Origin: Aciduliprofundum boonei T469
Lineage (GTDB): Archaea; Thermoplasmatota; Thermoplasmata; Thermoplasmatales; Aciduliprofundaceae
Length of the DNA stretch: 32,000 bases
Assembly: GCF_000025665.1 (NCBI RefSeq)
Contig: NC_013926.1
Coordinates: 1,110,001 to 1,142,000 of the forward strand
Reading direction: 5' to 3'
Positions 7,889 to 17,031 of the stretch are shown in pieces (the first letter of the stretch is position 1; each line of letters begins with the position of its first letter). The translations under genes were made by a program, and so were the position numbers. The notes below the pieces were generated by a model. It was not told the origin of the DNA, did no database searches, and saw only the letters and a program-made list of their open reading frames with translations.

Positions 7889-10800
7889 ACGGCAAGAAAA
7901 GACTCAAGGGTTATTTTATTTTTTTCCTCTTCCTCTGCAAAAAGAGAATCCACAGATTCTTTGAGAGCGAGAACTCTCTGCTTCACATACAGAGGCACAT
8001 CATACTCTTCTGCAAGGTTCAGTGCTTTATCTAAATACTTTTTCACAGAGCCCTCCGAAACAGTGAGAATTACATTACCTCCACATTTTGGGCACACATT
8101 GTTCAAAGGTACTCTCCTGTATTTAGCTCCGCATTTTGTGCATCTAAATCCCTGTGTGCCGAATTTTTTCAAGTTACCCATTATATCGGGGATGAAATGA
8201 TGCGCAATTATCCTTGCAGCCATGTCATGCTCATCAACAGCCCTTATCTTCCTTGCCAATTGCAACTGGCTATCAAGTTTTTCTTGCATACTACCAAGAA
8301 CCTTATAGGCAGAGGTCAAAACACCCACATTTATGTCCCTTGTATCGTGGGTGAATTTAAAACCCTCATATTGCCTTGGAGTTTCAATTCTCTTCTTCAC
8401 AAAATCCATAATATCTGCAACTTCATCTGGTTTTGCATACTTTAAAGTTGCTTCGTAGAACTCTAAAGGATACCTCTCCATAACATCCACATGCAAGGCC
8501 TCTTTGTCTATCTCTGTGGGAGTGATCCTAGTAGTCAGAACTAAGGGTGCATCCATCAACCCTCCGCGAGTTGAGGGAAGAAACTTGCGAGAGAAATCCA
8601 AAAGACCTTCAAGAAGGAGCATTATTGAGTCCTCATCTCCATCACAATTGCGGCGCTTTGCAGCATGGAAAAATGGATGCGCAAAGCCAACATTGGCATC
8701 TGAAAATCCAATAATTCTACCAAGTATACCTGCAGATGTGTGTGGTGCTAATCCAATTACAAGATGTCCTATCAGGTCTTCTCTCTTTTTCACATTGTAG
8801 AAGCGTTTCATCTTGTAAAATTTCTCAAGCAAGTCATCAACATAATTTGCAATTTTTATAAGGTAATCGGCAGCACTCTTTGGAATTATTATATCTTGAA
8901 CCTTTAACTCGCAGAGTTGCTCCCCATCTTTAAGATCGTGGCCAAGATAATCTTTCGTGTATCCCAATTTTCTTGCTTTTTCAACACTTAGCCCTATTTC
9001 CTTAGGCCTAAAATGGGTTATTGCTATATCGCTCATATCGAATCTTGCAGTACCATCTTTGAAAACATAAACTCCGTTTTTAGCCCTAAGAATCCCCTTC
9101 TCTAACCTTTCAGGTATGTGCTCTTGAGACATCATCTTCTTTACTCCCTTGACATCCCAATCCACATTCTCACCAAGATATTCCTGTGCCCTCGCGAATA
9201 GATCAGATATATCCACTTTTTTTACAACTACCTTCTCCATGAATTGTGTGGGTGCTCCGCATTTTGGGCAGAAGGGCAGTATCGTTTTCTCTCCGCATTT
9301 TGGACATTTTCTTATGCCTATCTCAATTGGAATGATTTTTTTATTTATTGCTTCGGTTATAAGTCTTCTATTACCTCCTGCATCTCCTATTGGGAAAAGA
9401 GAGTGAATCGGAGGTTTCATCTTTCTAGGCGCTGCCTTCTCAGGCCTGCCCATTCTTGCACCGATTCTAACAGGTGCTCTCTCTCTTATCTTTACCCCTG
9501 CCAATTCTGAAACAACATCCATTATATTTCCTTCTTTAATCTCTTTTCTTCTTACAATTTTCCCATCTTTCAAATCTAAACCAACTCCTCTCAAAAGGGG
9601 ATAAGCGTATCTGTCAAGAATGTAATACTCACGCTCAAGGTGCAATGCACCTAATTTTTTCAATATTTCTTTTATCTCCCAATTTTTCTCCACATACAAT
9701 TTTTCATCTTTCCAAAAAGAGTGATTCTCTAAAAATTCAGATAATTTTCTCAATTCTTCTAAACTCAAATCATGCCAGAACAAATTGTAGTCTGGATGCA
9801 GTGGAACGGAATACTCTTCAGATATTTGAAAAGCTTCGAAACTATTCTTGATTTCCCCATGAAATCCAACCCTCTCCGCTTCCTGTTCCCACCATTCTAC
9901 AGCATATGCTCCAGGAATTAAAGGATGATTATTCTCCAAGAACTCTCCGTAGGGAATAAGCATCTCACCAACATCCACAATTTCAACAACGGAATCGTAA
10001 TACTCCCTAGCTTTTTCAAGCTCGTTGATTTGTATCAAATCTCCATTCTTTAAAAGAACTATAGGACCCTCTATGCTATCGCAAGAAGTCATACCTCCTG
10101 CCTTACCGGGCCTCTCAACTTTGAGCTGAGTGCCTATTGCTATGAATTTATTCAATATATACATCGTGGCAGGATTTACACTTAGCGTGGCTAAGCCTCC
10201 TGCACGGCATCTTCCATACCTAAGGCGAAAACCTCCAGGAGCCATTGGATACGAGAATATGGGCCTTCCTGCTATAACATCCTTCATAAATTTTTTGAGG
10301 GGCTTTAATTCAAACTTGTCCTCTTTCACTTCCGGAATCAATTTTTTTATCCAATCCCAGCCGTCTATTTTCAGCATATCAACATACGCTTTTATCTTCT
10401 TTGTTTTCTGCAATAAACCCTCTGCAAGAACTAGACACATACCGCCTCTAACCCTATTTGTATCTATTCTTGGGAGATTCCTATAACCGCTAACCTCAAC
10501 CTTTTCGGTACCTTCACCATCAATGCAAACTGGACAATTATTCACAACGAGCTCAATCTCTTCATTTGTAGGCCTGTACTGTAAATGATGAATTCTATCG
10601 TATAATTGGATTTCTTCTTTGTACCTTTCAATCTCCGCTTCTGTAGGTTTATACCTTCCTATCTCAAGCTCTCTTCTTACAACATCCGCAATAAGTACGC
10701 TCAACGCCTGAGCAGTACCTCCCGCCCCCCTAATCGGACCAGCATAGTATATGGACACATAGTCCGTGCCATCATCATTTTTCTTTATCTTTACATTTGC

Positions 10801-11157
10801 AATACCTTCAAGCGGTGCGACTAATATACCTTCTGTTAGAATTGCAAGTCCAACTCTTATCGCCTTATCCAACGCTTCATCCTTTCTATCAAATTTCTTT
10901 GCTATCCTCTTTGCCATCAAGAGCGAGACCATACCCCTATCATGGCTCTTGCTGAGCTCTCTGATTTCATCCGCTATACCCTTAACTCCTGTTAATTCTT
11001 CGACCCTTGCAGCAAGGTCTTTAGCACGGGGAATTTCAACATCGGGTACGGGGTCAAATCTCATGCTCCGAGCTTCTCTGGCGATTTTGTAAATTTCTTC
11101 CGCATTCCTTTCAAGCTCCTCAAAATATCTGAGCATATCCTTGCTTGCTTCTACCAT
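7885..11157 (-). CDS. polC: DNA polymerase II (PolD) large catalytic subunit DP2.
   Basis: 1090 aa. It has a DP2-type N-terminus and two Cys4 zinc modules, CPKCGEKTILPFCPKCG and CTKCGAKYRRVPLNNVCPKCG. It is contiguous, with no intein-sized insertion. Confidence 0.93.
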   Translation of the reverse strand: MVEASKDMLRYFEELERNAEEIYKIAREARSMRFDPVPDVEIPRAKDLAARVEELTGVKGIADEIRELSKSHDRGMVSLLMAKRIAKKFDRKDEALDKAIRVGLAILTEGILVAPLEGIANVKIKKNDDGTDYVSIYYAGPIRGAGGTAQALSVLIADVVRRELEIGRYKPTEAEIERYKEEIQLYDRIHHLQYRPTNEEIELVVNNCPVCIDGEGTEKVEVSGYRNLPRIDTNRVRGGMCLVLAEGLLQKTKKIKAYVDMLKIDGWDWIKKLIPEVKEDKFELKPLKKFMKDVIAGRPIFSYPMAPGGFRLRYGRCRAGGLATLSVNPATMYILNKFIAIGTQLKVERPGKAGGMTSCDSIEGPIVLLKNGDLIQINELEKAREYYDSVVEIVDVGEMLIPYGEFLENNHPLIPGAYAVEWWEQEAERVGFHGEIKNSFEAFQISEEYSVPLHPDYNLFWHDLSLEELRKLSEFLENHSFWKDEKLYVEKNWEIKEILKKLGALHLEREYYILDRYAYPLLRGVGLDLKDGKIVRRKEIKEGNIMDVVSELAGVKIRERAPVRIGARMGRPEKAAPRKMKPPIHSLFPIGDAGGNRRLITEAINKKIIPIEIGIRKCPKCGEKTILPFCPKCGAPTQFMEKVVVKKVDISDLFARAQEYLGENVDWDVKGVKKMMSQEHIPERLEKGILRAKNGVYVFKDGTARFDMSDIAITHFRPKEIGLSVEKARKLGYTKDYLGHDLKDGEQLCELKVQDIIIPKSAADYLIKIANYVDDLLEKFYKMKRFYNVKKREDLIGHLVIGLAPHTSAGILGRIIGFSDANVGFAHPFFHAAKRRNCDGDEDSIMLLLEGLLDFSRKFLPSTRGGLMDAPLVLTTRITPTEIDKEALHVDVMERYPLEFYEATLKYAKPDEVADIMDFVKKRIETPRQYEGFKFTHDTRDINVGVLTSAYKVLGSMQEKLDSQLQLARKIRAVDEHDMAARIIAHHFIPDIMGNLKKFGTQGFRCTKCGAKYRRVPLNNVCPKCGGNVILTVSEGSVKKYLDKALNLAEEYDVPLYVKQRVLALKESVDSLFAEEEEKNKITLESFLAV

Positions 11158-11181
11158 TCTTCATAGGTTAATTTTCTGTCC

Positions 11182-11189
11182 ATTATAAC
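11182..11189 (-). promoter_or_regulatory. TATA-like box for polD-DP2.
   Basis: The reverse complement is gttataat, centred about 28 nt upstream of ATG 11157. Confidence 0.35.
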
Positions 11190-11255
11190 ACTTTCTGTTA
11201 TCTCAATTTTTACCAATATTGATAAATTTTGAGTTCAAAAGATTTATAGCCAAAA

Positions 11256-12062
11256 ATGAGATATACCACCATGCTTGAACTTACCTTGCCCGATTATGCT
11301 GAAGAAACGATAATAAGATTCATTAGGGATTTTGTAGGTGATAAAAATGCAGTTATTGGCTTGAGTGGGGGCCTGGACTCTTCCACGGTTGCTTTTCTAT
11401 GTGTGAAAGCTCTTGGTAAGGATAAGGTGCTTGGAGTGCATATGCCAGATTCTATCACGCCAAAAGAGGATAAAGAGGATGCAAAGCTCGTGGCTGAGAA
11501 GCTTGGAATAGAATTCAGAACAATAGAAATTGGAGAAATTGTTGAGAAGATGAATGAGAAAATAAAATTAAAGAATGAGATGAGCACTGCAAATTTGAAA
11601 GCACGCATTAGAATGGCCATTCTTTATGGCATAGCCAATGACGAAAATAGATTGGTAACTGGCACGAGCAATAAAAGTGAAATTTTGATAGGATACTTCA
11701 CAAAGTATGGTGACGGTGCTAGCGATTTTGCACCCATAGGTGATTTGTACAAGACACAAGTTAGAATGCTTGCAGAGAAGCTCGGAGTACCATCCCGTAT
11801 AATCTCAAAAGCCCCAACTGCAGGATTACTTCCAGGGCAGAGTGATGAAAAGGAGATAGGAATAAAGTATGAGATTTTGGATAAAATCCTCTATGGTATG
11901 GAACTTGGATTCAACGAAAATAAGATTGCAGAAATTTTGGATATAGATATAAAAATGGTGAGAAGAGTATTTGAGATGCACGAGAGAAGCAGGCATAAAA
12001 GGGTAATGCTCTACATACCAAAAATAGGAATTAGGAGCGTTAATACAGATTGGAGAGAGTGA
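11256..12062 (+). CDS. nadE: NH3-dependent NAD+ synthetase.
   Basis: The PP-loop is GLSGGLDSS. 268 aa. The tttata box at 11243-11248 is too close to ATG 11256 and fits ATG 11271 (MLELTLPDY) better, so the start may be 11271. Confidence 0.88.
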   Translation: MRYTTMLELTLPDYAEETIIRFIRDFVGDKNAVIGLSGGLDSSTVAFLCVKALGKDKVLGVHMPDSITPKEDKEDAKLVAEKLGIEFRTIEIGEIVEKMNEKIKLKNEMSTANLKARIRMAILYGIANDENRLVTGTSNKSEILIGYFTKYGDGASDFAPIGDLYKTQVRMLAEKLGVPSRIISKAPTAGLLPGQSDEKEIGIKYEILDKILYGMELGFNENKIAEILDIDIKMVRRVFEMHERSRHKRVMLYIPKIGIRSVNTDWRE

Positions 12063-12377
12063 TTAGAAGAGCAGCACCATTTGCGCATGGGGCACTCCAT
12101 CGATTCTCATAACATTCTCCTCGTCGATATAACCTTCTCTTATCGCAAGCGAGATAACTCTATCTCCCACCAAATTCGCAATTGTGGCGATTTTCATACT
12201 GTTTATAAATGTCTGCTCACTTACAAATGCCTCATAGTAAAAATTCTTCTTTACTTCAATCACAAGCTCCCCTTCTTCAAATTTCTTGCCCAAGAGCTCT
12301 CTATCGCATGCGGCGAGCATCACCTCGCCTCTTATCTTGTATATTCGCATTGCTATTCCGTGCTCAAACTTGGACAT
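12063..12377 (-). CDS. DUF424 family protein (conserved archaeal, unknown function).
   Basis: MRIYKIRGEVMLAACDRELLGKKFEEGEL matches my memory of the DUF424 pattern. The start could be the internal M at 12350, which would remove the 14-nt overlap with the mcm stop. Confidence 0.6.
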   Translation of the reverse strand: MSKFEHGIAMRIYKIRGEVMLAACDRELLGKKFEEGELVIEVKKNFYYEAFVSEQTFINSMKIATIANLVGDRVISLAIREGYIDEENVMRIDGVPHAQMVLLF

Positions 12378-14448
12378 ATTTGTACACTCCTCTCTTTGTT
12401 TCTGCTATTATTCCCTGCCTGTGCATCCTCTCCAATATCTGCTCTGCTTTCACCTCATCTATACCCTCTTTCTTGGCCTCTTCTATTATGTCCTCCTTTC
12501 TTGCAAACCCATTGTTGCTACTAGCTAGGCTCTTTATTATAAGCTCCATCCTCTCCATAGCGCTTCTCTGCCTTGAGCTTATCCCTGTGTATAAAACATC
12601 TGAATCAATTATTCCGCTCTCGTCCATAGATGTTTCTTTTAAGAAATAATCCACTATTCTAATTGCCCTCTCAGCATCTTCCTTAGTTACTATATCACTC
12701 AATCTTGCCCTTGCAGATGCCTCTGCCAGCCTAACCATAGCTTCAAGCTGCCTGGGAGTTATAGGCACTGCCTTTGTCTCCTCGTACATTTTTCTCGTAT
12801 CCACATATTTTTTCAAAATTAGATCCTTAGCTTCATCGCTCATCTTTGGAATTATATTTCTCTTTGCATAAGCCACATACTTCCTTATGAACTCAGGAGT
12901 CATCCCCGTTTCAAACTGCTTTACAACGATGTTATCCTCTTCTTCAAGCTGAAGCATCTCACCTGCCAAATGCGCCTCCAAAACATGATTGGCTAGGGCC
13001 TTATCTCTCTCGGGATTGGGCCTATCAAGAATCTTGAATATTACATCAAATCTAGATAGGAGAGGAGTGGGTAAGTCAATCTGGTCTACGAGGGGTCTAC
13101 TTACATCAAACCTCCCATACTTTGGATTTGCAGCACCTAAAATTGAGCATCTTGCCATCAAGGTTGCATATATACCCGCCTTAGTTACAGCGATTATCTG
13201 CTGCTCCATGGCTTGATAGATACTATCCCTATCAGTTGCGTTCATCTTATCTATCTCGTCAATGGCTGCAAGGCCTAAATCCGCAAGAACTAATGCTCCA
13301 GCCTCTAAGGTCCAGCGTCCAGTTTCATCTCGCACTGCTGTTGCAGTTAAGCCAGCAGCTGAGGAGCCCTTGCCAGAGGTGTATATGCCTCTGGGAGCAA
13401 GTTGTGCCATATATTGCAGTAATTGGGACTTGGCAGTACCAGGATCTCCAACAAGCAAGATATGTATATCTCCCCTTATTCTCGTTCCATCCTTCATTTT
13501 CTTGGTTACCCCTCCAAACATTTGAAGCAGGAGCGCTTCTTTCTCTATCTCCATTCCATATATTGTAGGGGCTATTGCCCTTCGCATTCTGTCAATTATG
13601 TCTCCCTTTCTAGCCTCCTCCTTTATCAATCTCTCATCCTCTTCCGTTATTTCAATACTTTCAAGCTCTTTGCTCTCCTTGTCTATGCTCACAACATCGA
13701 TGAAAATATCAAACTCGGTAGAGCGAACATTTCCAAACATCCTGCGCTCCTTGACTTTCAAAATTCCATTTAAAACCACTCTATCTCCAGGCACTATCTC
13801 TCCTGCAATATCATCCTCCAAGTAAGCCATGAGACGCTGGGGCTGCTCCCTACCCCTCAAATTCTCAGGATTGTCCTGAATCTCGGCCTTCTGCGTGTCT
13901 ACAAACTCTGATTTCTCAGGTATGAATGTGAATTTTATGGGAGCTGATTTTTTATCATTTGAGAATCTAGATTTTCCGCAAACTGCGCATTTCACAGGTT
14001 CAATTAACCTAATTCCCGTTTGCTCAATCTTAGTAATTCCTCCACAGTCACTACATCTAAAAGCTCCGAATTTTAGTTTAGGACGCACCTCGCTCGCCCT
14101 TCTTATTATGCCTTCAATGCTTAGAAATTGCCCTACATGCACACTCCTGAGCTCTCGTATCTCCTTTCTCCTGTCCCTAGGCAATTGGTGGATGCGTAGA
14201 TGAATATGCTTCTCGTTATCGTGAATATAACTCCTTATCTCCTCCTCTCCAATCTTTATGTAAATTTCAGGGTTCTTCAAAAAATCCTCTGCAAAAAGAG
14301 GTTTGTAATTTTCAATATCCTCAAATCTTATGTAAATGCTCCTTGTATCAGGATACTCGTCCGCAATCTCATTCAACTTGTTTCCATAATCTGTGCGTGA
14401 AAAAAACTCGTGCCACATATCTCTTATTTCATTTTCATTAAATTCCAT
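12364..14448 (-). CDS. mcm: Minichromosome maintenance (MCM) replicative helicase.
   Basis: 694 aa. The N-terminal Cys4 finger is CSDCGG...CAVCG, Walker A is GDPGTAKSQ, Walker B is AAIDEIDKM and the arginine finger is SRFD. There is a C-terminal wHTH-like tail and no intein. Confidence 0.95.
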   Translation of the reverse strand: MEFNENEIRDMWHEFFSRTDYGNKLNEIADEYPDTRSIYIRFEDIENYKPLFAEDFLKNPEIYIKIGEEEIRSYIHDNEKHIHLRIHQLPRDRRKEIRELRSVHVGQFLSIEGIIRRASEVRPKLKFGAFRCSDCGGITKIEQTGIRLIEPVKCAVCGKSRFSNDKKSAPIKFTFIPEKSEFVDTQKAEIQDNPENLRGREQPQRLMAYLEDDIAGEIVPGDRVVLNGILKVKERRMFGNVRSTEFDIFIDVVSIDKESKELESIEITEEDERLIKEEARKGDIIDRMRRAIAPTIYGMEIEKEALLLQMFGGVTKKMKDGTRIRGDIHILLVGDPGTAKSQLLQYMAQLAPRGIYTSGKGSSAAGLTATAVRDETGRWTLEAGALVLADLGLAAIDEIDKMNATDRDSIYQAMEQQIIAVTKAGIYATLMARCSILGAANPKYGRFDVSRPLVDQIDLPTPLLSRFDVIFKILDRPNPERDKALANHVLEAHLAGEMLQLEEEDNIVVKQFETGMTPEFIRKYVAYAKRNIIPKMSDEAKDLILKKYVDTRKMYEETKAVPITPRQLEAMVRLAEASARARLSDIVTKEDAERAIRIVDYFLKETSMDESGIIDSDVLYTGISSRQRSAMERMELIIKSLASSNNGFARKEDIIEEAKKEGIDEVKAEQILERMHRQGIIAETKRGVYKYVQV

Positions 14449-14483
14449 CTACCAGCACATAGGATACGGAGATTTAAAATTTT

Positions 14484-15896
14484 TTATAATCGCTTTGCCC
14501 TTGCCTCTATCTCATCCATAACGAAATTCTCGGCGAGTTCTAAGCTCGTTCTATCTATCCATATCTCATTTTCTCTCTCTGCAAGAAATCTTACCAAGGA
14601 TGAAGAAGCAGCTATCTGCAATGCCCTATCAATTATCCTCAAACTCACAGGCGCATTGTGCTCGTTTATTGCCTCTGCTATATCATCTCCAATTCTAATA
14701 AAATCATCTTCATCTACAATTACCCTTGCATTTTGCTTATTAAGAAGATGATATGTATAGGTCATATGCTTCCTAAGAGGCTCTGCTAAGTAATAATCCA
14801 CCTTGCCTGCAGCGATGCGCTTCATATTCTCCCAAATCAACTTTCTTCTCTCGTGAGTATTGAGAAATAATTTGCAAAGCATCCTATCCTCCACGGCGTT
14901 GAAATTTGGGTCGTTTATTGTGCTTTTCCATCTTCCTTTATTTACTTGGGTGTTGTAGTTCACTATGAAGAAACTTGTGACCTTATAGGGCCCAATTGTG
15001 GCGGTTCGAGTTTCATCCCTGACCTCTCTTCGCTCCATAACTAACTTAAGTTTCTCTACCATTCCTCGATAGGCAAAGAAATCTTTGAACTCCGGTATGA
15101 CCCAATCCACGGGATAATCTTGATACGCTTCCAGTATAGCTATGAACATCTTAGGAGTCATACCCTGTGCATAGCGAAGACGACCTATCATACCATGGGG
15201 CGGCACTCCCTTCTCCTCCTTGCCCCGAAGCAAATCGTCCGTGGCGAATGTTTTGCCCGTGCCGGGCTCACCAAAGTATGCAAGGGAGAAGCCCGTTTGA
15301 TTTATCCTGCGCTCAGGATTTGCAGATGAGTAGATAGGTACATTGGCTATGGAGTACTGCTGTATTATGGGTAACAAAGCATCCATATACAGCTTATCGC
15401 CCATTATGCTCTTCACATACTCCACGATATCCCCTATAGAGTGAATTTGCGAGATCCATTCTTCCACATCATCCTCTCTCACATTCTTAACAAAAAACTC
15501 ATACTCAGTCTTCAATCTAAGCACTACATCTTGATACTCCCGCATCGCCTCCTCAGTGCTTAATTTCATGTTCTCTCCGCCATATCTACTTAACCATTTC
15601 CTAATCTCATCCGAAGCAAGGAGAGAGTATAATTTTGCACCACCTTCTTCTCCCACTTCTATCATAAGCCCCGTGTTTCTCAGCCTGCCTATTATATTAT
15701 ACGCCCCCGTCTTCGCTATGAGCCATTCTTTCGCTGCTTTCTGCGTCCACGCTCTTTGCATTTTCTGTAAATAAAGGAGGGCTTCCATCTCTTTCAAATC
15801 CATACTGCTCTGAACGACATACCTCATCCAGTTGTTAAACTGCTCCTTCGGCACCTCTGGCTCTTTGGAAATCCTAACCAATCTCTTTTTCTTCAT
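14484..15896 (-). CDS. Predicted wHTH plus AAA+-type P-loop ATPase of unrecognised family.
   Basis: 470 aa. The N-terminal roughly 100 aa look like a winged helix (...AKEWLIAKTGAYNIIGRLRNTGLMIEVGEEGGAKLYSL). Walker A is GEPGTGKTF, the candidate Walker B is VDWVIPEF, the sensor-1-like segment is FFIVNYNT, and VEDRM is a Lon/MCM-style arginine-finger context. Confidence 0.6.
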   Translation of the reverse strand: MKKKRLVRISKEPEVPKEQFNNWMRYVVQSSMDLKEMEALLYLQKMQRAWTQKAAKEWLIAKTGAYNIIGRLRNTGLMIEVGEEGGAKLYSLLASDEIRKWLSRYGGENMKLSTEEAMREYQDVVLRLKTEYEFFVKNVREDDVEEWISQIHSIGDIVEYVKSIMGDKLYMDALLPIIQQYSIANVPIYSSANPERRINQTGFSLAYFGEPGTGKTFATDDLLRGKEEKGVPPHGMIGRLRYAQGMTPKMFIAILEAYQDYPVDWVIPEFKDFFAYRGMVEKLKLVMERREVRDETRTATIGPYKVTSFFIVNYNTQVNKGRWKSTINDPNFNAVEDRMLCKLFLNTHERRKLIWENMKRIAAGKVDYYLAEPLRKHMTYTYHLLNKQNARVIVDEDDFIRIGDDIAEAINEHNAPVSLRIIDRALQIAASSSLVRFLAERENEIWIDRTSLELAENFVMDEIEARAKRL

Positions 15897-15941
15897 CTCA
15901 TGGCATAACTCCCTGCGGGGATATTAAGGTATTGGCGAAGA

Positions 15942-16955
15942 ATGAACTATTTAATACACGAAATCTCTCACCGCCCAATGAGAAAAATAAAACATTTTAA
16001 TTACAAATTCGGCGAAGATACCATATTTACAGATTTCTGCAGAGCCGAGAATGGCTGGATGCTCACAGGAGATGTAAAAATAGATGGAAAATACAAGATT
16101 CTCCTATTGAAAACCAATGAAAATAGGGAGAAATCGTGGAGTAAAATCTATGGAAATGAATATGAGTACGAAGCTCAGACAATAATTAAAGGAAGAAATG
16201 GATATTTAATTGGTGGTAATGCTTATGGTAAAGCAACAGAGAGCGGTGGGAAGGGATGGAAAGCGTACATACTCTCTGTGGATGAAGATGGTGAAAAATT
16301 AAGGGAAAGTAGTTACACTATTAGTGGCAATGATACGATTTACTCGATGATTAGCAAAGAAAATGAGTTCTGGAGTATGGGCGAAAGTAGAGACGAAGAA
16401 AACTACATTTTCACAATGAAGTTGGACAAAGAGCTTAAATTATTAGATATTAAAAAGTCCGAAAAGTATGAGGATGTACTTGCAGGAGGAATATTCTCCA
16501 GATTTCTATGCTACTCTTACAAGCACTTAAATAGATGGTATGGCAGAATAATTCGGATAAATGGAGAATTGGAAGAAATATGGAAGAGGGAGATTCCAAA
16601 TCTCCTGATTTATTCAGCCATGGAAATCGATGATTCGTTATTGGTTGTTGGAACAAAAGATAATATAGGAATTGCAATGAAAATAGATGAAAACGGGGAG
16701 AGAGAAATTAGATTCAAAAATAGCACAATATTGAGCGCTGAGATTCAAGGAGATCTAATAATCCTTGCAGGTGAGTATGGAGAAAAGCCTGTAATTTATA
16801 TGTCAAATAAAAACTTGAAAATGATTGATAAATTTGTTGATCATTTTACCGGATGGTACGAAAAAGCTTTTTCCATATCTTCCGAGAAGATTATGGCTTT
16901 AGGATATTCTTCCGTTAAGAGAGAGGCCGTTATTAGCATATTGACAATAACTTAA
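15942..16955 (+). CDS. Beta-propeller-like repeat protein of unknown function, with no signal peptide.
   Basis: 337 aa with recurring units of the form aromatic-x-hydrophobic-x-G...(D/E)xxG, such as NGWMLTGDVKIDGKYKILLLKT, NGYLIGGNAYG...AYILSVDEDGEK and DSLLVVGTKDNIGIAMKIDENGE. The true start might be M13 at 15978. Confidence 0.5.
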   Translation: MNYLIHEISHRPMRKIKHFNYKFGEDTIFTDFCRAENGWMLTGDVKIDGKYKILLLKTNENREKSWSKIYGNEYEYEAQTIIKGRNGYLIGGNAYGKATESGGKGWKAYILSVDEDGEKLRESSYTISGNDTIYSMISKENEFWSMGESRDEENYIFTMKLDKELKLLDIKKSEKYEDVLAGGIFSRFLCYSYKHLNRWYGRIIRINGELEEIWKREIPNLLIYSAMEIDDSLLVVGTKDNIGIAMKIDENGEREIRFKNSTILSAEIQGDLIILAGEYGEKPVIYMSNKNLKMIDKFVDHFTGWYEKAFSISSEKIMALGYSSVKREAVISILTIT

Positions 16956-17000
16956 TTCTCAGTGTGTTCATTAATTTCTCTATAACTTCAAGAGCCCAAA

Positions 17001-17010
17001 TTTTTATATT
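17001..17010 (+). promoter_or_regulatory. TATA box for valS (leaderless-type spacing).
   Basis: tttttatatt is centred about 27 nt upstream of ATG 17032. No SD motif lies between them. Confidence 0.45.
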
Positions 17011-17031
17011 CCCTCTTCATTTCACCCTATT

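Noticed and set aside
7961-11092. There are many 65-118-aa ORFs on the + strand inside the polD-DP2 gene. Similar antisense ORFs lie inside purB, mcm, valS, the AAA+ gene and the KaiC-like gene.
   Set aside because: They lie wholly antisense to long genes with strong motifs. They are rich in S/L/F/I from reverse-complemented purine-rich codons, have no motifs and have no promoter context. They look like typical shadow ORFs.
7885-14448. I looked for inteins in PolD-DP2 and MCM, and in the visible part of the RNR.
   Set aside because: The lengths (1090 and 694 aa) and the uninterrupted catalytic motifs leave no room for an intein. No C...HN-type splice-junction blocks were seen.
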